Below, in pieces: positions 54,286 through 64,000 of a stretch of 64,000 nt of DNA. The translations under genes were made by a program, and so were the position numbers. Positions within the stretch are counted from its first letter, which is position 1. Every line of letters starts with the position of its first letter. Under the pieces are notes generated by a model. The model did no database searches, was not told the origin of the DNA, and worked only from the letters and a program-made list of their open reading frames with translations. The stretch is from Octopus vulgaris. Lineage: Eukaryota. The stretch spans positions 52,514,001 to 52,578,000 of the forward strand of contig OX597815.1 in assembly GCA_951406725.2 (NCBI GenBank), in the 5' to 3' direction.

Positions 54286-55282
54286 GATGACGGCCGTCCA
54301 CTCGTGACCGAGGAAGACCATTGCCGACCTTCAGGAATATTGTGCGCTCTAGGACTAACTTATATTTTGCATTTGCGGCTCCGTTGGTGGCTAATGAGCC
54401 CTGCTCTTGATAAGCATACACGACTGCAAACATTGCAGACCAAGCTTTCCCTATTCACTATATGAGCTGTGCACTTTCGCGCAGCTCGCTTAAGTTCTTC
54501 ATGCTGGATACGTGCTCTCTCAAAAATGTCGATCCCCTCCTTAACCTGCTTCCTCCATCTGTGGCGATGACAGGCATTGTTCTCCCAGTCAGTGTCCTGG
54601 ATATCACAGGCCTTTAATGAGGACTTGACACAGTCCTTAAATCGCAGCCTTGGTTTCTGCTGGAGTCTCCTATCATTCACAAGTTCTCCATAGAGCATCT
54701 GCTTAGGAATCCTTCTATCCTTCATTCTAATAAGGTGTCCAGTCCAACGCAACCGGTGCTTGTGCACCATCGCCTCAATACTCAAGATATCAGCTGTCCT
54801 CAGGATCTGTGTGTCTGGAATTTTTAAGGTCCAGCCAACATTGAGAATGTGTCTGAGACATCTCTGATGAAAACGTTCAAGGACCCTTACCTGACGCTTG
54901 TACAGAGTCCATGTCTCACATAAGTAGAGAAGCGATGTCAGTACACAGGCACGGTACACAGCAACTTTTGTTCTCCTTGCGATGCCATGTTGGGGCCAGA
55001 CACGAGACCGGAAGGAATTAGTTGCTCTCTGCAACCTGAAAGATATTTCCTCATCCAGGGAGCAAGAACGGCTGAGTGTGCTGCCTAGGTAGACAAACTT
55101 GTCTACTACCTTCAGAATTTATCCTTCAACCAAGATAGCTGGTTCTATATATGGATTTCCTTGTGCAGGCTGGAACATTACAACAGTCTTGTCCAGGCTA
55201 ATGCTGAGCCCAAATGCCCTGCAAGAAGTAGAAATGCAATTCATGAGTATTTGCATGTCATCCACTGTATGAGTGACTAAGT
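54286..55282 (-). pseudogene. 5'-truncated RTE (BovB-like) LINE
   Basis: FGLSISLDKTVVM, FVYLGSTLS, TKVAVYRACVLTSLLYLCETW...ERFHQRCLRHIL...RLRWTGHLIRM...IPKQMLYGEL, and a terminal CxxCx12H. (CATA)n lies on both sides. Confidence 0.9.
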
Positions 55283-55368
55283 CATACATACATACATACA
55301 TGCATACATACATACATGCATACATACATACATACATGCATACATACATACATGCATACATACATACA

Positions 55369-55456
<88 letters not shown>

Positions 55457-55542
55457 CAGTAAGTCATAAATACGAAAGAGAAGCACACTCTAAGTTATAG
55501 AGCAGTAGATTATTTAGAGAATGTTAGTTATGGCCGATTCAT

Positions 55543-55604
55543 AAGGTTACTCAGGGTTTCGCGTCCATAAAGCGCTTAGCTTTATACACGTCTCATCAGA
55601 CTCC
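55543..55604 (-). ncRNA. Decayed type I hammerhead
   Basis: Minus strand: ggagt-CTGATGA-gacgtgtataaagc taagc gctttatggacgc-GAAA-ccctgag-TA-acctt. Confidence 0.55.
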
Positions 55605-55766
55605 AATGACCGGTGGCCTATAACCTCTCTTCAAAATGGAGGGAGAAAAGGTCTCGTGTCTAGTTTTCGAACACACAGACAAAGAATAAAGGTCAGGGTC
55701 CCTTATACCACTATCTGGAATCGACCCAATCAGCTTGTAGGTCCCAGGATTTCAGAAGGAATCGCA

Positions 55767-56008
55767 TGAAGTGTAAACAAGGTCCGAAGACTTCTGTCTC
55801 AGAATTTAAGATGTTCCTCGGGTGGAGGGAGTTCTTTAATATTCTCACCCAGCTTGCTACGTTTGCTTCCGTTGATGAAAAGCATCAACGGGAGCAAACG
55901 GTGCAAGCTGTGCATAGTAGAATGGGCGAGGATATTAAGATGTTCTCCGGGTCGAGGGGAACATCTTAACTTCTAGGACGGAAGTGTTCGAACCTTGTCT
56001 ACACTTCA
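55767..56008. repeat. Old MITE-like inverted repeat (~85-bp diverged arms)
   Basis: tgaagtgtaaacaaggtccgaagacttc... pairs with ...gaagtgttcgaaccttgtctacacttca. Confidence 0.6.
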
Positions 56009-57068
56009 GGTTTTGAATCTAATACAAACGAAAAAAAAGGCATGGCGTTCTCGTCGCCTTATCCGCCAACCACAGTGATTCTGAGAATGCAACCTTCTTA
56101 AATGTAGCCAGCAGAAAACAGCTCCAGGCCTCTGGCGCAAATGTTTCCGTAGCTATTCAGACAATTTGACATTGTCAGAAAAGTCGAGTTTGTCCAAAAA
56201 GTCTAGGACATCGACCAAAAATCCGGTATAATATTTATTCCTAGAACTTGAATGCATATTATAAATAGAGTAAACTTTATCTGGTATAGAACTAAATATG
56301 TTGGGCAGAGTGGAGAGATATATAAAATATAACAGTTTACTCTGAGTTTCGCCCATGGCTGGTCACGAATGTCATTGAAATGGAGTAACCTCTTGAGGCT
56401 AAAGGGCATAGATGTTTTTGCGTAAGCGAGGTTATTAATTGTATTTCAGAATTTGGAATATAGGAATAAATGTGATTTAGGATGAGATGTTTTGTTCGGG
56501 AACTTTGTAAGTATATAAAGTTATATTATTATTTTTAATTTACATTTTCGGTACGCATTGATGTAAGGATATGTAGATATTAACATCCGTTTGTAAAGGG
56601 GCATACATAAACACATATACTTAATTATTTATCAATGAATACCAATCGGAAAGAACAGCTCGTACAAATACATCCATCAAGTAGTCCTATAGAAATACAT
56701 TTTCACTCCAGTATTTGTAATGAAATTTTTAAGAGCTTAATTTAATAGAATTGCATTGTATGGTTTTTCTCCAGATTATCGTTAGTTCAGGTTCATTGAA
56801 CGGGTGCCTAAAGATCTTATTATTGTCTGCTATGATGAAAATTAATTTAGGAGGGTTTGCAGAGATAAAAACAGAAAGGGAAGTGGGTATAAATATACAG
56901 ACATAAAAATACATATATGAACACATATAAATATATGCATATATACGCATAAATATATGCACATACACACAAAGAGGTATATATACAAACATCCACACAT
57001 GTGTATATATATATATACATATACATATATACATGCATGCATACATACATGCATACATACATACATAC

Positions 57069-57101
<33 letters not shown>

Positions 57102-57292
57102 TATATATATATGTGTGTTTGTGTGTGTGTGTGCGTGTATATATATATATATATATGTAAGTGTGCACATGCTTTTAGGTGTGTATACGAAACTAAGAAA
57201 CTGTATATATATGTATATACACATAAATAACTATATATAACTGTGCGTATATGTGAATATGCATGTGTGTGCGTTTGTGTGTCTTTGTGTGC

Positions 57293-57336
<44 letters not shown>

Positions 57337-57701
57337 CTAGGGAGACGAAGACAGGTGGTGTACAAAACAAACAGATGTATTAGTATAACGCTCAAGAGTA
57401 GAAAAAGTCTTTTACGTTTCGATATATATACTATCAACAATATATACATACATATATATGTATAATGTGATACAATCCAGTGTAATATACGCACAGGTAT
57501 GTATATATGTACACAAACACACACTCACACACACGCACAATCATGCATGCTCACGCACAATCATGCTGCTCATGTCATGAATGTAACACTATATGGTCAC
57601 CAGGCAATAGACGTACATTCTTCGTGTTCGCGAGTGGACGTACTGTGCTGTTCCGTCTTAAATTTCACTTTACAACGCTCTAATAAACACTCAACATACA
57701 T

Positions 57702-57770
<69 letters not shown>

Positions 57771-58176
57771 CACACTCTCTCTCTCTCACACGCACACACA
57801 CACACTTACATGCATATATTTCTGTGTAAATATCAATATATTTATATGAGTATGTGTGTGTGTGTATTTGTGTATTGGTTGCAAGATAATAACCTCTAAT
57901 GGATCTAACCTATCACATAGACCACACACACACATATACATATGCCCGCACGCACAACTACATACACATAAGCTTGCACATGTTCATTCACGCAAACCTA
58001 TATTTATGTTAAACAGAGTTTTAAAAGCCATAAAAATGCAATAATAATAAAACAAATGTTTCATTATTCTTTCTTTTAAATTTCGACCTCAGAGGGTCTT
58101 TTTAAAAATTACATTGGAACAAAGAAAGAGAAACATTCTAAACAATATTCAACATAGAAATATAAACATTAAAATT

Positions 58177-58277
<101 letters not shown>

Positions 58278-58661
58278 GTTATTATTTATTTATTATTATT
58301 ATTACTATTATTATTATTGTTTCGTTATTTTATTTTATTTTGGAAGCCTCATTGTTATGGCTTTCACATCTCTGTTCAATTTAATTGATACAATGCTACA
58401 AAATAACCGCTGAAAGTTCAATTTACATGTACATGCATACATATATACGTACGTGCATAATTCCATGCATGCATACATACATATATACACACACATATTC
58501 CTATACTCATACACATATATGCATATATTAATTTACGTGAGATAAACAGGGTCCACAGTTTCTTTTCAATAAGCCGTCGACGGGTGAAAGATAATCATTC
58601 GACTCTACAATCTCCGCATATAAGACTCAATGTAACCTACAAAAGGAAACAAAAATCACAT

Positions 58662-58710
<49 letters not shown>

Positions 58711-59676
58711 CACACACACACACACACCTGTATGCTTATAGAACAAAGAACAGCCAGAAAAGTGCTCTGGTTTCTACGTGGTGTCACAGTTCTGCTTGAC
58801 ATACGGTTAGATCTCCTTGGATGTAAGTTCTCTAGAATGTCTGCTAATATAGTATCATATATAAAATTAATCACAGAAAGCTTAACTACAAGGTCGAATG
58901 ACGAAGAGGTTATTGTATTACCTGTCATAAAAAAGGTAAGTTATTGTGCCGACGAGCTTCCATTGCCGAAGGCTGGTTGTTAGTTTGCAAGGAAACGGTG
59001 CCAATGAAAGGGCCTGGGAACCGTACTCATCGCTAAGGATGCACTGGACGGCACTGACCTCTCACGATTCAGTGGTGCACCTTTAGATTTACTCTACTTT
59101 AGTGACTCCACTTAAGCATTATTACAAATTAATGCCGACCTAGAATATTCTGAAGCACTCCCAGGTACCAAAGTCTGATGGCGGACCTGCAGGGAACGTC
59201 GTCTAAGAGGTATTGCTGTTGAAACGAACGATTCAAACCGAGGCTGAATGTCATTAATCTCTATCTGTATGTAGGAATCAAGGCTGAATTTGTTTGCTAG
59301 GAGAGTTATGCAAGAAGGAATAGATTGATCCTTGAACGTAACAGGAATAACAATTACCATGGCACCCTGTGATCAATCAAGAGTTGGGTTTCTGCCTGTT
59401 TGTCGATCTCATAGAAAAAGAAAACAAAGAGGAATTTTAGACTCAGATGTGCTTTATCTAATTTCTATTTCTTCGTGGGTCAAGAATCTTAGAACATGTA
59501 AATAATAAAGTGGAATTAAGCTCTAGATTCCGAGCGATATCAATGTTGATAATGCCTGTGATGATGAAGATGATATATGTATATACAATATATGCATATA
59601 TATAGGTGTATATTTGTATGCGTGCACTCACTCGCTCGCTCACTCACTCACTCACTCACTCACTCACTCACTCACT

Positions 59677-59731
<55 letters not shown>

Positions 59732-59931
59732 GACGGAAGGAAATATATGTATACAATGACACAGACATGTAGAGTTACAGAAATGCATATACATTTAGTC
59801 AGATGTAGAAATAACGAGTTTGCGTTGACTTATATGTATATATATATATTTATATATATGCATGTATGTATGTATATATATATATGTGCATATATATGTA
59901 TATAAATGTGTGTATATATATGTATATGTAA

Positions 59932-59981
<50 letters not shown>

Positions 59982-60049
59982 ATGTATGTATGTATGTATG
60001 TATGTATGTATGTATGTATGTATAGATAGATAGATAGATAGATAGATAG

Positions 60050-60638
60050 AAGACCGGATAATATTTTAGTTAGGTTTTAAGTTAGCAGTATGTGCGGTTC
60101 ATGATATTTTGATAAGGGAATAGGTAGTGTATCCATAGAAAATGGAGATTAGTTTACATTTAAGACTTAGTGTATTTTCAGTACGAAAGGGAATTTCTCT
60201 CGTTTTGGATATGCAGTCCGCAGAGTTTGGATGACGGTTTCATGTATACGGTTTGATAGCCTGTTGTCCGACCTTCAGTTAATGTTTTTGAAAGCGTGTG
60301 GGTTTTAGCTGAGGCGTAGTCTCAATTTGTTGTAGTAGTTTTTCCAGAAGAGTGCGTTGTTACTTTGACGAAGTAGACGGCGTCTTTGTGTTGCAAACTA
60401 TTTGTTAGGGGATAATGCTCTTGCTTATGACAGTTGCATGATATGCTGGTAGGATAAGTATGAGTCTGTGTTAAGTTTTGTTAAGCGATATTCGAACGGG
60501 TTTGGGTATGAGGGTTGTAGAGTTGGAGTCTGAGTTTGTTTTGAAAATGTAGTAGCATTTTTATGCTGTGAGGCAAGCCTCTTTTAAATCTGTTTTGGAA
60601 TGATTTAGTTACGAAAGTAGTTGCTTGTGAATTAAATT

Positions 60639-60671
<33 letters not shown>

Positions 60672-61250
60672 CAGATGGTTTGTATTTTTTTTATTTTGGG
60701 GGTTCAACGTATTTTATCTTTAAAGCTTCTGTATTCTCAGTTGTTATTTTATATATGGACGTTATCATTGAAGCGAGATACGTTGTATGAGTGTCTACAG
60801 AGACAAAGAGAACTGTTTCGGTAGAATTGCTAAGTGTTTGGTTGTTGGCTGATTGGATGAGATGTGTATATATTATTTGGTTATATTAGGTCACTTGCAA
60901 GGTGAAGACTGGGAGTTGGTAAGATAGAAGGTTCGGTCTAGAAAGTTTTTCCTCACTTGAGGTTACGTTCATTAGCGTCATAATTTTGCCTAGAGTATTT
61001 TTCAAAAAAACTTTTTGGCTTGTGTTTTATCGGGGCTTATTAACTTGTAAGATTGATAACTATAGAGGTTGGAATTTTGATCTTTGTCGGTGATAGTAGA
61101 GCATTTAAGGGTTATCATTTTGACTGTCTTATATATTGAGGTTTATAGCGTTATGTTTGGCTTCCATTAGGATGTTAATGGGTGATTATTTTTGCAGGTG
61201 TTTTATTTGCTGCTAAAGAACGGTCTATAATGTGTATTTGGTTTGGAGCC
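60050..61250 (-). pseudogene. Decayed Naiad-like PLE relic
   Basis: Minus strand CNCHKQEHYPLTNSLQHKDAVY (~60380-60440) aligns with the CxCx5CPL linker at 27120. Confidence 0.5.
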
Positions 61251-62228
61251 ATAGTTAATTGTGGCCTTGGCTGAATGCATGTTGATGCTGAGGAAGACAA
61301 ACCTTAAGAATTAAATTTAGAAGCGAGAGATAATTGAAGAAACAAAAATGTTGCTTTACTTGCCAAAATTTTATATTAAAATTACTTATTGAGCCACCAA
61401 AAACCCTGATTTTTCAGAAAAATCAAGACCAACGCAATTACCAAATATCTACCTCATAAAAATACCTCACCAACTATGAATAAGAACTTTTCTATATGAT
61501 AAAGAACATTACACAGGCTAATACTGAACAACTTCCAAAGATACCAGAAAAATAAATCTACTTTCTTTTCAAAACCTAACAATGTTCACGTATTTTTTAA
61601 CAAAACCAGAAAACATTTATGTAATGAACCTAACCAAATGCTACACATCGATCTCCCACTTTATGAGAAACATCCAACAACTTCAAAAATTTTTTAACAC
61701 GCTTTAACACCTGAAATCATCTAGGAAGCTAAGAAAACCACTCTGGCCTTATAAGAGCACTTTTTCCTCCCACAAAGGTCACAAATCTAATTTCCATGGC
61801 TCCTTGCAACCGATTAAGGAATCTTACTAAACCACAATTGGGTTAAGTAAACTAAAAACAAAAAGTGAAGAGAATCATCTCGTTAACCAAGAATAATGGA
61901 AGCTCTGAAAGACGAGTATGATCGCTGTCTTTTTTTTTCAGACTGAACCATAAAAAATAGTTCTGCCTTTTATGACATAGAGAGAGTCTCGGCAATCGCT
62001 TTTATTTTGTTTCTTGTCTATTAAATTTAATTTGTGATAAAATCGTAAAAAATTGTTACATGGTGGTTTGATAACCACGTGAATATAATTTTATGAGACC
62101 TAGGAAGTTCTGGTATGTAATAAACAAATTGGTTTAGGTTTGAACATTATTCTTTTAATTATGTATAACAGCTGTTCAAGTTGGAACTTATATCTGGCTA
62201 AGGAAACTTAGTGGTTATTTTCGAATAG

Positions 62229-62281
62229 GGAAGATTGTCCACTCGGTATGGAAGATTATCCACTCGGTATGGAAGATTGTC
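62229..62281 (+). repeat. 21-bp tandem repeat, 2.5 copies
   Basis: ggaagattRtccactcggtat. Confidence 0.85.
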
Positions 62282-64000
62282 AAAGATTGAAAGATATTTG
62301 TAAGAAGTGCAACGAGCGTAATGCATTGTATAGGTGTAGTGAAGTATTTTTCCTTCTGAGATTTGTAGTTTCTGTATTTTGTTATTGTTTTGAGCTCTAA
62401 GTATACAGAGATTGTTCATATCTGGCGAAATGCCTTGTAGATTAAATGGATCAAGGCATGTGCGATGAAAGTTAAAAAGAGTGAAAAGGTGACAGGGGAT
62501 ATCTAGTTACCTTTTCACTGTGGGAGAATGAATATATGTAAAACTATATGATGGCGGGGTGTAGCGTGTGAGAATATCTTCTCTATATTAACGAAAATGC
62601 AACCTCTAATCCCTTGGCGGTCATTTAACCTTTTATAAATAATAGTTAAATGTCACTCAAATGATACTCTAGTGCCTTAAGTAAAGAAAGGACTCATTAA
62701 ATAATGTAGAATACCTTTGATAAGAGGTTAGTTAGGGTTGACCTTGGATCAAACAACAGCAACTACTTAATCACAGATGTGTTGTTTCTTCTTTCTGACA
62801 TGTAAACCACTAGTAGAAAGGCTTCTGTTCCTTTAAATTAACTATCTACTTTTCCTCCTTCACTATAACTCTTACAAAATACCCACATCATTCTTTTTCT
62901 TCCTCACTGGAAAATGAATCATCTTCAAAAACCACCTCTATGCATTTTTACTACAATCACAGAACTACAATTCCCTAGAATTCCTTCCCCACCCTGCAGA
63001 TATCAGCTCTATCAACCTAATCAGTCTGGAACGACCTACTAAGATCAAGAACACTGTTCTCCATATTTGAATTATTTGAAGCTAAAACGGAAGAACACAA
63101 AGATAATAGCCAAAAATCTAAAACCAAGCAAAACAGTAACAAATGCCAATCAAAACATCGGCAGTTATGCAGCTTTTTTGTTTTCACAGAACCAATCAGT
63201 AAACCTTAGTAATCCGTGTTTATGGTAGAAGCCACTAACTCCAAATATCTTGCAGTAGTATCGAATCTAGAACCTCGTGATTGCAAAGCGAACTTCCCGT
63301 CAAAAAGAGAAATACTAATCATTATTCTTTTCACAGTTGCAGTATGCTGCTTTTGACATGAATGGACATGAAATGATACATTATTATTTGACATTGATTT
63401 CTAAAATAGTCTAATTATCTAACTGATATCGTAGAAAGATAAATGGTAAAGTCATGGCTGGGATTTGGATTCAGAACATAGAGGAATGCAGTCAAATACC
63501 ACCAGGTAGTTTTATCGAGCGCTCTACCGATTTTTCTACTTCATCACTCTCAATATAAAAATAAATAATAAAATTATTATGAAGACTTTTATGTTTCACA
63601 GCAACTAGACATCTCTTTGTGTGTCAGACTTTTTGTTTACAATAGAATATCGATTTCCTGTTTGTTTCTCGTTTCCAATCTCTTTTACATTATTCAAAGC
63701 AGAGACTTAAGGAAAAGTAATAAAAAAAAAAAAAAAGCCGAAACTGATCTCTGAGAAATCCAGAGAAACGGAATTCAGTCTGTCAAAATTCACTGTTAGA
63801 AAGCTACAAGTCAGTCTATTAGCTTTTATTGTACCTTCCACTACGTTTTGTTAACGAACGATTAGCTTTTAATAGCTAAATAGTCTTCTTAAGTTTACTA
63901 GATAACGTGTCGTAAATAAATGTTTTTAATCCTTAACCCTTACAAAACAAGCAGACTAATCTTCAAGAATCTATGGAGGGAAGAATCGATGCAGCGGCGG

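Noticed and set aside
58790-58935. Possible 146-bp host exon (cag ... AAG/gtaagt, open frame LLDIRLDLLG...)
   Set aside because: The donor is good, but the polypyrimidine tract is weak, the peptide is unrecognised and there are no partner exons. RNA-seq would be needed.
62229-62281. CRISPR-like repeat
   Set aside because: It is a head-to-tail tandem without spacers, in a eukaryotic context with no cas genes.

Overview
This is AT-rich, microsatellite-saturated eukaryotic non-coding DNA. The repeat content resembles a cephalopod (Octopus-like) genome, which is my inference. I found no host protein-coding gene, and almost all listed ORFs are translations of (TA)n, (CA)n, (CATA)n or (AAT)n tracts. 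The real coding content is transposon-derived. It includes a nearly intact Penelope-like element (RT + GIY-YIG, one frameshift, 19761-24432), several decayed PLEs, R4/Dong-like, RTE and CR1-like LINE relics, a hAT (Charlie/Buster-type) transposase pseudogene, a non-autonomous Helitron with a paralogous empty site, and many tRNA-derived SINEs. The most striking layer is about 15-20 type I hammerhead ribozyme (HHR) motifs from many small families, usually in head-to-head inverted insertions at (TA)n tracts. Two of them are ~350-nt terminally redundant monomers that look like retrozymes or copies of circular RNAs. Three diverged families also share a ~117-nt pseudoknotted motif with clear compensatory base changes. 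Where an HHR is present, this motif probably lies antisense to it, and I cannot assign it to a known RNA class. It is the best candidate here for an undescribed system. All structures were paired by eye, with no folding or database search.
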